From Octopus vulgaris (Eukaryota): a stretch of 64,000 nt of DNA. Numbering within the stretch: position 1 is the first letter of the stretch; every line of letters begins with the position of its first letter. The notes beneath the pieces are model-generated. The model was not told where the DNA came from. It ran no database searches and saw only the letters and a program-made list of their open reading frames with translations. The stretch spans positions 104,160,001 to 104,224,000 of the forward strand of contig OX597815.1 in the NCBI GenBank assembly GCA_951406725.2, in the 5' to 3' direction. The translations under genes were made by a program, and so were the position numbers. Below, one piece after another: positions 14,607 through 27,149 of the stretch.

Positions 14607-14609
<3 letters not shown>
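14331..14609. mobile_element. (TA)n-flanked hairpin element with perfect 84-bp arms (14401-14484 / 14526-14609); probably Penelope-derived
   Basis: Arms checked base by base as exact reverse complements; 41-nt loop; hammerhead-like motif at the loop/right-arm junction. Confidence 0.8.
14515..14577 (+). ncRNA. Type I hammerhead-like motif with CCGAAGA core
   Basis: agataa-CCGAAGA-gatggtg..gtggatttccac..cggcatc-t-GAAA-ctc-a-gag-TT-ttatct. Stem I agataa/ttatct, stem II gatg/catc, stem III actc/gagt. Confidence 0.55.
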
Positions 14610-14671
<62 letters not shown>

Positions 14672-14679
<8 letters not shown>

Positions 14680-15088
14680 GTGTTATATTTTATGTACGGT
14701 CATAGTAACTGAAGGAGCACTCAATATTTTCGAAATGAGTATAAAATATATATATATTTTACAACAGGAATATAGACAGTGACTTCGAAGCTTCGCTGTG
14801 ACTGTTAACATTTTCCTTTATGAAATATATGCGTCTATACATATGTATACATATACACACACGCATACAAATACACTGTATGTGTTCGTGAATAATGCAA
14901 GACATTTAAAATGTGTGCGTATACAAATATATGTATATATATAAATATAGATATAAGAGAGTGAGAAAGAGAGAAACAGGTTGACTTAGATTCTCATGTT
15001 GCTTAAAGTTTCATGGACGTGAAGCACGCGACCATTTCCTCCATATGCAGACAATACATATATACATATATACATATATACATATATT

Positions 15089-15169
<81 letters not shown>

Positions 15170-15581
15170 AATGTGTTATATTTTATGTACGGTCATAGTA
15201 ACTGAAGGAGCACTCAATATTTTCGAAATGAGTATAAAATATATATATATTTTACAACAGGAATATAGACAGTGACTTCGAAGCTTCGCTGTGACTGTTA
15301 ACATTTTCCTTTATGAAATATATGCGTCTATACATATGTATACATATACACACACGCATACAAATACACTGTATGTGTTCGTGAATAATGCGAGACATTT
15401 AAAATGTGTGCGTATACAAATATATGTATATATATAAATATAGATATAAGAGAGTGAGAAAGAGAGAAACAGGTTGACTTAGATTCTCATGTTGCTTAAA
15501 GTTTCATGGACGTGAAGCACGCGACCATTTCCTCCATATGCAGACAATACATATATACATATATACATATATACATATATT

Positions 15582-15625
<44 letters not shown>
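14672..15625. repeat. Near-identical tandem duplication, unit about 493 bp, bounded by (TA)n tracts
   Basis: aaatgtgttatattttatgtacggtcatagtaactgaagg... occurs at 14676 and 15169; the only substitution noticed is aatgcaagac/aatgcgagac. Confidence 0.95.
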
Positions 15626-15634
<9 letters not shown>

Positions 15635-15713
15635 ATACATATATATATGTGTGTGTGTATATAGTAAGATAAAAGAAAGGAGAATTTCGAGATATATATA
15701 TATATATACATAT

Positions 15714-15770
<57 letters not shown>

Positions 15771-15793
15771 CACATACATATACATATATATAC

Positions 15794-15828
<35 letters not shown>

Positions 15829-15849
15829 TGCATATACATACATATATAT

Positions 15850-15895
<46 letters not shown>

Positions 15896-16161
15896 GGACA
15901 CATACACACATATACACATATATATACATACCTATACAAAAATACATACATTTGTATATACACATGTATATACACATATATGTATACACATAGATATACA
16001 TACACGTGTATAAAGATATGTACATCTGTGTGTGCATGTGTGTGTGCGTATGTATTTTGTGCATGTACATGTATATTAGTCCTTTCATCAGCAAATGTTT
16101 GTTGTTATTTATCACTAGACAACACCAACATACACATACATACTTTTATATTGACAGACAA

Positions 16162-16225
<64 letters not shown>

Positions 16226-16455
16226 AAATTAAGGTATATATGTATGATATTCATATTGAAAGATATATATATACATGTATATATACATGTCTGATAACAT
16301 ATATATGCTATGCGTATATATACATATATATATATTAGATAGAGATTATATGTATATTTATATAAATAAATATATATGTATATATGTATTTATATGTATA
16401 TAAATAAATATATATATATATGTATATAAAAATAAATATATATACATAAATAATT

Positions 16456-16503
<48 letters not shown>

Positions 16504-16976
16504 AGTGTATACATACACAGATATGTATGTTTATTTTGAAATATATTTAATTATGAATGGTTGGGTAAACGTATGTACATACGTGTATCAGTATGTATTC
16601 ATATGCATATGTACATATGTAAGTCCGTGCGAATGGATGTTGAAATATGTGTGTATATAAAATTAATTTATTCATGAGTATGTTACAGTTTCCAGCTTGT
16701 GCCTTCTTTAATCTTTTTTAATCTTCATATAAACATCTTTCTTGACAAAATGCAATAGCAAAACCAGTGTTTAGGACATGAGCTCGACTTTCAAAGTCAT
16801 GGGGCCCACCTTACCCTCCTCTCACTCTCTTCGGTCTCAGAAGGCCTGAGAAGGCTATGAGCATTACCTCTTTCTCAAAACAAAACCAATAAAAAATATA
16901 TAGTAGTTTTGTTTTTAAATGGATTGGCAGCGCTGAACAGGACCTAAAAGAAGATTTCAGACATATGCTATCATCA

Positions 16977-17023
<47 letters not shown>

Positions 17024-17027
17024 GTTA

Positions 17028-17091
<64 letters not shown>

Positions 17092-17148
17092 CATCATAAT
17101 CATCATCGTCGTCATCATCATCATCATCATCATCGTCATCATCATTAA

Positions 17149-17358
17149 GGCGATGTACTGGCAGAGTCTTAGCGCGTCACACTAAATGCTTAGCCGCATT
17201 TCTTCTGTTTTTACGCTCCAAGTTCACATTCCACCAAGGCAGACTTTGCCTTTCATCATTTCGGGGTCGATAAATTAAGTACCAGTTGAGCACCTGCGTC
17301 GATGTAATTGACTTAACCCCTCACCGAAATTGCTGGCTTTGTGCCAAAATTTGAAACC
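17149..17358 (+). mobile_element. tRNA-derived SINE (Meta-like core)
   Basis: ggcgatgtactggcagagtcttagcgcg...ctttgcctttcatcatttcggggtcgataaattaagtaccag...gccaaaatttgaaacc. Confidence 0.85.
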
Positions 17359-17395
17359 ACCGCAGCCATCATCGTCCTCATCCTCATCGTCATCA

Positions 17396-17453
<58 letters not shown>

Positions 17454-17501
17454 CATTATTAATATTATTATCATTATTATTATTATTATTATTATTATTA
17501 G

Positions 17502-17661
17502 GGCGGCGAGCTGGCAGAAATGTTAGAGCGTCGGACGGCTCTTTGTGTTCTGAATTCAAATACCGCCGAGATCAACTTTGCCTTTTATCCTTTTGGGGTC
17601 GATAAAATAAAGTACTTGCCCCTCCCTTAAAAATTAATGGCCATCTGCCAAAAATTTGAAA
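17502..17661 (+). mobile_element. tRNA-derived SINE (Meta-like core), internally deleted
   Basis: ggcggcgagctggcagaaatgttagagcg...ctttgccttttatccttttggggtcgataaaataaagtac. Confidence 0.85.
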
Positions 17662-18183
17662 TAATTATTATTATATGATTATTACCATTATCATTAATGT
17701 TGTTATTATAATTATTTTTATTACTATTATTGATTCGAAATATAAAAAAAAGAAAGACTTAAAAAGACGATACACATGGCAATAATAACATTTAGCAAGG
17801 GAGTCTTTGAAATGGTGTATGACTGAGTGTATGTATGTCTATGTGTGACTGCATGTGAGTGTGTGACTCTCAATCGTCACGCATGAACGCCACCATACAA
17901 ACCTCTCTTTACCTAAATGAATGATGTAGCATCAGACTTCGGAATATTATATGGTTTATGTATGCTCTTTTCATTCTTTTTTTTTCCAATAAAATATTTA
18001 GTACTGGGTTCCATATTTTGCGTCATCCTTTGAATTTCTTTGTTATAAGTTACATTTATTGGTACCGATATTATTGTTGTTGTTGTTGTTGTTGCTGCTG
18101 CTGCTGCTGTTGTTGTTGTTGTTAGTACTGCTGTTAATGTTGTTGCAATCATCATCATCGTTGCCGTTGTCATCACTGTTGTT

Positions 18184-18256
<73 letters not shown>

Positions 18257-18431
18257 TGCTGCAGCTGTTTATACTAAATATTATTAATACTACAATAATA
18301 CTACAACTACTACTGTTATGATAGCACAGGAATCTGAGGCCCAACTACCACCCTTACCACTACCCTCACCACTGCTACTGTTGCAGTTGCTGCAACCACT
18401 GATGCTACTACACATAAAAACAATATCAGTG

Positions 18432-18498
<67 letters not shown>

Positions 18499-18519
18499 CA
18501 ATAATAATAATAATAATAC

Positions 18520-18550
<31 letters not shown>

Positions 18551-18632
18551 AATAATAGTAATAATAATGATAATAATAATAATAATAGTAATAATGAAAG
18601 GAAACGGATGGAGCCTCCTTATCGGCTGATTA

Positions 18633-19625
18633 ATGATACATCCGGATATTGTACGATGGGTTGGTGCCTTCCTCTCAGATCGCTCCTTCCAAGTCCAAGT
18701 TAATGGTTCGCGGTTCGACGTCTCCAGTACGAGTAGTGGCGTGCCTCAAGGTTCAGTGCTTGGGCCCTTGTTGTTCTTAGTCTTCATAAATGACTTGCCC
18801 GACGATCTCACGCAACACACCCTTCTATTTGCCGACGATATCAAACTGGTCGCTCCTCGCGGTAATATAGAGGATCTTCGTCGATGCCTCCACCAAATTT
18901 GGAAGTGGTCTAACGATTGGGACCTGTGTCTGAACGTGTCAAAGTGCTGTCATCTGCCTGTCGGCTCTACTCCTGTAGCTCAACTTGATTTCGAGCCGGG
19001 TCATCTGCTGCTGGAGAGGACCGATCAGGTAAAGGACCTGGGTATCTTGGTGGATTCCTCCTTTTCGCCTTCGGCCCAGTGCGTCCATGCTGCCAACAAA
19101 GCACGCGGAATTCTGTTCTTGATTCGACGGTCATTCGGAATGCTCACAGCAGCCATATTCCTACCACTCTATGTCACGCTGGTGAGACCCATATTGGAGT
19201 ATGGGATTCAAGCCTCTTCTCCTTATCTCCTCAAAGACATACAGCATCTCGAAAGAGTCCAGAAGCTGGCTACCCGCATGGTTCATGGTCTCAAAAATTT
19301 GTCCTACGAAGAAAGGCTGAGGACGCTCGACCTTTATTCTCTTGAAAAACGCTGCCGCCGTGGTGATCTCATTCTCGCCCACATCATAAGCGGAAAGTGT
19401 AACCTCTCGAAAGAGCTGTTCTTCACTCCTGCTCCAGAGCGTCGGCTGCGGGGTCATTCCGAAAAGCTCTACCTGCGACGATTTCATCTCAATCGAAGGA
19501 GAGGAGCTTTCTCCGTCCGGGTTGCGGATCCGTGGAACAAGCTGCCAGACGAGATGGTGAAGATGCCGACGACCGCTTTGTTCAAAGCCTCCCTGGACCT
19601 CAAGTGGCCTGAACTCTTTACATGA
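18633..19625 (+). CDS. C-terminal part of CR1-like ORF2 reverse transcriptase (open 330 aa, N-terminally truncated)
   Basis: SGVPQGSVLGPLLFLVFINDL, LFADDIKL, VKDLGILVD, LYVTLVRPILEYG, LERVQKLATR, SYEERLRTLDLYSLE, WNKLP. Confidence 0.9.
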   Translation: MIHPDIVRWVGAFLSDRSFQVQVNGSRFDVSSTSSGVPQGSVLGPLLFLVFINDLPDDLTQHTLLFADDIKLVAPRGNIEDLRRCLHQIWKWSNDWDLCLNVSKCCHLPVGSTPVAQLDFEPGHLLLERTDQVKDLGILVDSSFSPSAQCVHAANKARGILFLIRRSFGMLTAAIFLPLYVTLVRPILEYGIQASSPYLLKDIQHLERVQKLATRMVHGLKNLSYEERLRTLDLYSLEKRCRRGDLILAHIISGKCNLSKELFFTPAPERRLRGHSEKLYLRRFHLNRRRGAFSVRVADPWNKLPDEMVKMPTTALFKASLDLKWPELFT

Positions 19626-19709
19626 ACACCACCCTGTACTTAACTCCATGTCCCCCTACATGGCCTTGCTATTTGCTTTTGAGCCAAATTAACTAACTAA
19701 CTAACTAAC
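18635..19709 (+). mobile_element. 5'-truncated CR1-clade LINE with (CTAA)n tail
   Basis: RT C-terminal coding region, short 3' UTR, then aattaactaactaactaactaac. Confidence 0.9.
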
Positions 19710-22700
19710 ATCTAGTGATGGTGTCACAATAAAATCATTGGTAATTGCGCAACCTGATAATCGCTACCTCATATGGGTGACAATGAAAAAACAAAATATT
19801 GTGAAAAACGGTGGTAATGAAACTGAAGCCAATGATGGTGAGAGTGTTAAACCTGGTGAGCTCAGAGATTCTGTCCGGCTCCAGCCTGTCGATATCCAGA
19901 AAGTGACCACCACACACGGCGTAGATGGAGCAAGCAAATTAATGCTGTGTTCATGGAGTATTTCTGAGCATCCCGGTAGATGAAAATGGTGCTCAAATTA
20001 GGGGCTTACCGACAACGTATGTATGATCATTGGAGAGAAAAGGGATTTTTCAACTCACGGAACAGAGACTGTGATCAAGCTAGAGCAATAATAAAAATAT
20101 TGTTGGTTCACAGAATTAGAGCTCGAAGCTATCAAAAGACGGGTCATGGAAATTGCAGCAGAGAAAACAATGAAAATACAGTTCTTACTAATAAGAGTAA
20201 TCCCATAGCACAGGAAAGGGCAGTGGTAGTTTACTTGATGAGAGACATATAGATGATCTAAAAGAAGACAATAAAACTAATGGCGACATGATAAATGAAC
20301 AAAAGGCAATCTACGCCAGAATAAAGGTAAGACCACAGGAGAACGATAGCGACATTATTTGCAACCTTAAAAACGTTGATCGATGGAAATTGAACCAAGA
20401 AACGAAAAATGTCAATGAAATTCTGAAACACATCAGAACACATAATATCATATAAACAAATAATTTGATCAAGTATTTTTGTAGCAGAAAATGTGGGTGT
20501 TGATGTCAAGAAAAAGAAACATAATGGTAGTGACAAAAGAAAATATCCATGGTGGGAAAGAAGAATCCAGGCAGGGTTAGACATGCTCTCGAAGAAAATC
20601 TCTGTGTTAGGCCGAAAAGAAAAGGGGGAGCTTAAAAGCGAATAAAAATACAGGGCGCTGAAAAGGAAGTATAATATTGAAGGAAAGGACCTGAAAGTAG
20701 TAGTGGAGGAACTGAAACAGTGCCTCGTTGCAAAGAAAGCAAAGATGGTAAGATACGACCAAAGAATGAAGGGTTACCACCTGAATAGGTTATTCAGAGT
20801 AGATCAGAAAAGATTCTATAAAGAAATAAATGGAGAGTGTACCGATAACATTGAAAGTCAAAGGTTTTGGAGTGACATCTGAAGCAAAGACAAGGAGCAC
20901 AAGTAGGATGCTGAATGGTTGCAAGTAGTCAACCCAAAACAGACAGAACCAATCATTTCTGTTAGGGAAGTGAAGAAAATCAGCAAAAAAAATGAGCAAC
21001 TGGAAGGCCCCCGGGACCAGATGGAGTTCAAGACTACTGGATCAAATGATTTGATGAATGTCATGCACGAATAGATGTTCAACACAACACATTGATAAAT
21101 GCCGACCAAATAACACCAGAGTGGTTTACAATAGGTAGGACAGTGCTGTTCTTGAAGAATATCGAAAAAGGCAAAACAGTAGACAATTACAGGCCGATAT
21201 CCTGTTTGCCACTTATGTAGAAGTTATTCACTGGAATACTCGCAGAATCAATAAACAGACATCTGGAACAAAATGGAGTCCCGCCATATGAACAGAAGGG
21301 TTGCAAGCGTAAGTGCAGAGGTACCAAGGATCAACTCCTGATAGACAAAAATGTACTCAGCGACTGCAAGGGGAGGAAAAGTAACTTAGCCATTTTATGG
21401 ATCGACTATCGTAAGGCGTACGATATGATCCCACATTCTTGGATTATGGCGTATATGAACCTATTTGGTATTGTATCGAATGTTTAGCGATTGCTTGGAA
21501 AAAGTATGGCGAATTGGAGGACGGACCTGACAGCATACGGAAGAAGTTTAGGGATAGTAGATATCAGGAGGGGCATCTTCCAAGGGAACTGCATGTCCCC
21601 ACTGATCTTTGTTCTGTGCTTGATACCAGTGACATTGATTCTGAGGAAAGCAAAAGCTGGATGTGTATTTAAAAGCCGCCAACAAAAAGTCCACTATTTG
21701 TTATTCATGGATGACCTCGAGCTGTATGGTAAAGATGAAGCCCAAATCAGTTCCCTCGTTAATACGGTGAATACTTTCAGTGCTGATATCAGTATGGAGT
21801 TCGGACTGAGAAAGTGTGGTGTGTTAGTCTTGAAGAGATGCAAGATCAAATGTATGGACGGGCTATCGATACCATCCGGGGAGGTTATGAAGCAGATATA
21901 AGAGACGGACTATAAGTACTTGGGGATTTTGGAAATGGATAAATTGATGGAGAAACAAATGACAGAAAAATTTAAGGTGGAATACTTGCGCAGACTGAGA
22001 CTGATCCTTAAGTCGAAATTAAACGGACGGAATAAGATCGAAGCTATCAACACCTGGGCGGTTTCACTTCTTAGATATGGAGCAGGGGTCATAGCATGGA
22101 CAATAGACGAACTAAACAGCTTAGACAGAAAGACAAGGAAGTTGATAACTAGATTTGGGTCACCCCACCCAAAACGTGACACAGACAGACTGTATGTACC
22201 AAGAAAAAGAGGGGGGAGGACTTATTGGATGCGAACGCAGCCTTAGAGTAGAAGAAAACAACAGAGCAGAGTATGTAAAAAATACCACAGAACCGCTATT
22301 ATTAGAAATAAGAAGGTCAGGCTTGTGTAGGATGAAAGATTGCAAAGATAAAGCACTATACAAGAATTTGAAAATGACTGAAACTGAAAATAGGTGGGTA
22401 AAGAAAAGAATGCATGGTCAATTTCATTGAGATGTTGAAGATAAGACAGACAGAGGAAAAAGATGGCTGTGGATGACTAAAAGTGATTTAAAACGGGAAA
22501 CGGAGGCTCTAATCTGTGCTACCCAAGAGCAAGCACTAAGAACACACTACATAAAATACAGAATAGACAACACAGCAGAAAGTGATAAGTGCATAATCTG
22601 TGGACAAAACGGTGAAACCGTATGGCATATAACCAGCCAATGTACGCCACTAGCCTGGAAGGAATATAAGAGACGCCACGACAGTATAGCCAGGATTGTC

Positions 22701-23263
22701 TATTGCACAGTTTGCATCCAGTATGGACTTGACAGAGCAAAATATTGGTACGACCACAAACCTGAAGGCATTGTCGAAAATAGAAATGCAAAGATCCTAT
22801 GGGATTTTATGATTCAGTGCGACCATGAGTCAGAGAATAGGAAGTCAGACATAGTCTTAATTGAGAAAGAAATCAAACTATGCCGGATCATAGATATAGC
22901 ATGCCCAGCTGACAACAAGGTATGCGATAAGGAAGAAAGCAAAGTTGAGAGATATGACAGGTTAGCTTGGGAAGTTAAGCAGTTGTGGTCGATGAAAAAG
23001 GTAGCAGTAGTACCAATAATTGTCGGAGCCCTGGGAACAGTGAGCAAAAATCTCGAGGAGCATGTGGAACAAATAGAGGCTGCAGTAAGGGTGGGGCACT
23101 TGCAGAAAGCAGCACTACTTGGAACCGTTTAAATATTCCGGAAGGTGCTCGAAAAATAAGAGGTGTTACCTTAGTTCACTGGTAGTGAACAGCTGACACT
23201 GTAGTACATCTCCAGCGTTAGAAGCTGTGCAAAGGCAATGATAATAGTAATAATAATAATAAT
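19710..23263 (+). mobile_element. Near-full-length degenerate R4/Dong-clade (RLE-type) non-LTR retrotransposon ending in (TAA)n
   Basis: N-terminal GAYRQRMYDHWREKG; RT motifs [54 protein letters not shown]; CCHC CIICG..ETVWHITSQC; RLE RKSDIVLIEK..IIDIACP; PIIVGALG. Many stops and frameshifts; taataa tail. Confidence 0.92.
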
Positions 23264-23285
23264 ATTAATGTACATGGAACCAAAA

Positions 23286-23478
23286 GGGCAGAATCGTTAG
23301 CACGTCAAAAAACCATGCTCGATGGCATTTTTCCCAGCTTCATATATTACAGGTTGAAATCACGTCAACTTTTCCCTTCGGGGTCACTAAAATGAAGTAC
23401 CAGACAAGTATTGGGTAGACGTAACCGACGAAACTCCTTCCTTTACATCACTGGCCTTGTACAATAATTTGCAAAGAC
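23286..23478 (+). mobile_element. Degenerate tRNA-derived SINE
   Basis: ggcagaatcgttagcacgtc...ttcggggtcactaaaatgaagtaccag...ctggccttgtacaataatttg. Confidence 0.65.
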
Positions 23479-23569
<91 letters not shown>

Positions 23570-23650
23570 TCTTCTATTAGCCACAAGGACATCGCAGAGA
23601 GGAACATCACAAGGACAGACAACAATTTATGTGGGGATTTACATTATTAC

Positions 23651-23743
<93 letters not shown>

Positions 23744-23810
23744 TATTATTATTATTATTATTATTATTGTTATTATTATTATTATTATCATCATCATCAT
23801 TATTATTATT
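23479..23810. repeat. (ATT)n arrays
   Basis: Visible. Confidence 0.95.
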
Positions 23811-24255
23811 GGTCGTTACTATAAATATACTCCTTTGTGCGTCTGATTCAATATTCACACCATGTAATTTGTAACTCAATCTTTGATATATTCCTCTTCA
23901 AAAACATTTGGTTTGAATTATGTTTCTTTTTGTATTTATTTTTACCAATTGACCATGTTAAAAACATTAGAGACACTCACACACGCGCTTACATACACAC
24001 TCACGTACATACACATATATGTGTGTATATGCATATGTATGTATAGATAAATATACATATATGTATGTATTTATATATGTATATGCCTACATATACATGG
24101 CTATATGTCTGTGAACCTTAATATGTATATATGTATATAAATGCGTGTATGTCGGAATGTACTTACGCGTGTAACTATATATCTATGTAATTATATGTAT
24201 ACACACACATATACATATATACATATATGTGTGTGTATGTATGTATATGTATATA

Positions 24256-24302
<47 letters not shown>

Positions 24303-24920
24303 CACACACAGACATATATGTGGGGTGTAAGTGCACGCGCCTGTGTATGTGTTCGTTTTACTGACAGATATTTCCAGAAACTGAGAACCTCAAAATACAA
24401 ATTAGTGTTTTATTTCAATATTACTTTGATTTCGGTATTTTATTTTTTTCAATTTGTTTCAGTTAAGTAGCTAGTATTTGGTGTAGAATACTGGTAAATT
24501 TATATTAATGACTTCTATAATCTTAGCTTGTCTCATTTATTGCTATTACTTTTGGAAGTGCATGAACTTCACAATTTCTCATTCCTCTGATTTGAAATCA
24601 CAAGTTTCAGACCTCTGTTAGAAATCAATATAAATTACTAAATAGCTATTGACCGAAAATGTTGGATTGGCACACACTAGAATGATGGAAAATTAGTTTT
24701 TTTGTACGAAAAAAGTTACATAGATCCACAGACAGAGTGGCACGTATATTAAATTAATTTTTTTGCTGTACCATTTGGAAGATATACAAACAAGCTATTT
24801 TCAGTGACAACAAATTTAGCTTTCTATTTCTGATCAATCATATAAATAAATATGCGTGCGTTTATATATATGTGAATAAAAAGAGAGAATCGATTACATA
24901 CTCCATAGTTATGAGTTTGG

Positions 24921-24993
24921 GCAACTAGAAGTGAGGATCGAACCTAATAGTTTTGTCTCTTAATAGAGACTCGTCAGGTATCGTTAACCTCAC
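24921..24993 (-). ncRNA. Degenerate hammerhead-like motif, copy 1 of tandem pair
   Basis: Minus: gtgagg..gatac-CTGACGA-gtctc-tattaa-gagac-AAAA-ctatta-ggttcgat-cctcac. The 5' core and 5-bp stem II are intact; GAAA has become AAAA. Confidence 0.5.
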
Positions 24994-25204
24994 CAATGAT
25001 TAGAAACCTACGACTTCAGGTAAGCAATTTATGGAAAGTGTAACGAAATTTATATAATGGTAAAAGGCTGACAGCCAATAAATATTTGCTAAAGTACCAA
25101 CACAGTATTTTCAGAAAAAAATGTGTATACAATTTGCTCAATAAACTTATATACTTAGTATTTCTATGATTCTATAGCTCCCAGGATAAAACACAGCACC
25201 TTCA

Positions 25205-25270
25205 GCAGCTAGAAGGGAAGATTAAACAGCTAGTTTCGTCTCTTATGAGAGATTTGTCAGGAATCACCAC
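25205..25270 (-). ncRNA. Degenerate hammerhead-like motif, copy 2 of tandem pair
   Basis: Minus: gattc-CTGACAA-atctc-tcataa-gagac-GAAA-ctagct; alignable to copy 1 over about 60 bp. Confidence 0.5.
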
Positions 25271-27149
25271 CTTTTTGTATCTGCCAGTTTATAAGTCTAT
25301 AAGTATTTATATAGAAAAATGTAAATAAATTATGATAGGTATTCGAAAAACAATTACATCATGGTACAAGGCTTGGGACAGGAAATCATTAACTTGAGTA
25401 TCAGCACACACGTACATTCTTGACTTCAAACTAATACACCCTGTTTGTGGCTTCCTCATCGGTCACTCTTGTATTTTTGTATCATTTTGAACCATATGTA
25501 TTGGACCAATCTCAGGATTAATCAGCCGAAATTGCGAGGATGATCTGGTTATTGACTAAGGATAGAAAGCTTCGAATGACCCGTCCTTGTTTTTTTTTTT
25601 GTATCGTCTATCTGGATATTTTGTTGTCCCTTTTTGTGTCACCTAGTTGTCCGGATGTTTTGCGTTCTTGTCCTATTTTGTATTTTATATATGTATGTGT
25701 GTGTGTATACAGATCTCAATATATATGTATATACATATGCACATACAAATACACACATGTGTATGCACGTTTGCATGAATTTATATTAAATAGGTACAGC
25801 AAGAAGTTTATCGATTCCTGTAAGGTATTTACTTAAAATGTTGCAAAATCGTTTTCAAGACAAGCTTCTAAAACAAGATCTAAAATGGATGTTGCACAGT
25901 ATTTTATGTGGAATCCAAACGTCTTTATCTACAACGAGTTTGTAAGAGAAAAAAATTTGGTCAGACCATAGCTCAAATACTATAAGATTCCATTAAATGA
26001 CTTCAGGTTTTCCTTTAATGACTTCAGCATCAAAAATGAGATAATCTTACTTACTCTATATCGTGCAACCTCATAAAAAAAAACGTACCAAAGCGTCTTT
26101 ACAAACTAAGAACAGGCAGCTGTTCAAGGTGGCAACTGAGGAAATCCAACGTCACCGACACAATTTATCTCAGGAGAAATAGTTATTGGCCTATCAAAGG
26201 AGTATATACATCAAGTATGACATATAGATGGATGTGTGTGTGTGTGTGTGTGTTTATGTATGCATGCATGTGTGGTTTGTGTGCGCGCGCACATGTGTGT
26301 GTGTGTGTATTTATATATATGTACGTGTGTGTGTTTATAGCGTGTGTCTATTTTTACATTTGCACCGGTCTGAAAGAAATGAATGTAGTTTAAAATGTGC
26401 CTTTCATACTTAAAGAGTATGCAAAAATAAAAAGCATGAATATAGCCATATATTGAAAAATAAAAGAATTTTGAAATCATGAATCAACTAATCGTTATTT
26501 TACACATGCAATAATATGTACAAAAAAATGGAAGTATATTTTTGCCAACGATGCAAAAGAAAGAACGTCTTATGATTATAAAATATATTTTATTCAGAAG
26601 AAGCCGAATACTTACTCCGTCATTACGTGACCTCGTTCAGACGTCAAAGAGATGAATGAAAGAACTTGATCTGATCAACAAAGAAATACCTGTTAGATCT
26701 TCACTGGTTAATAGCTATCAAGTGATGAGCTGTAGAACACCCTTGTCAGAACAGTAGGTTCTGGGAGGTGGCATTATATGTCTAGTCTCTGTGATAGAAA
26801 AAGTTACAATGAATACTAGAGAGATGGTAGAGGAGAGTGAAGAGAATCACAAAACATGTTATTCTATATGAATTATGAATGATCGCAATAAAAATTACAT
26901 TTTAAAGCGAGAAAGTTTTGTATTTTATATTTCACAATACTTGTGGTTGTAGCAGAATATAGCATTTTTACAAAAGTGCAAATCCTTACATCACTGACGT
27001 CTGGTAGTGTTTCATTAAGGATGTTTCATGTTATGGGAAATTTTCCTTTCCACTGTCCCTTACATTTCAGACATATTGAGAATATGAAGTTGAATTAATT
27101 CTATCTCTGAACCGAAATAAATACACCATGTACTGATATCTGATTCTTA

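Larger units (their letters stand above)
16970..18596. repeat. Trinucleotide array cluster (ATT)n, (ATC)n, (GTT)n, (AAT)n, (AAC)n
   Basis: Visible; source of the poly-I/L/N ORFs. Confidence 0.95.

Noticed and set aside
16957-18629. Poly-Ile/Leu/Asn ORFs that mimic transmembrane or prion-like proteins
   Set aside because: ATT/AAT trinucleotide arrays.
26040-26200. Faint similarity to a CR1 RT segment
   Set aside because: Requires several frameshifts; too weak to call by eye.
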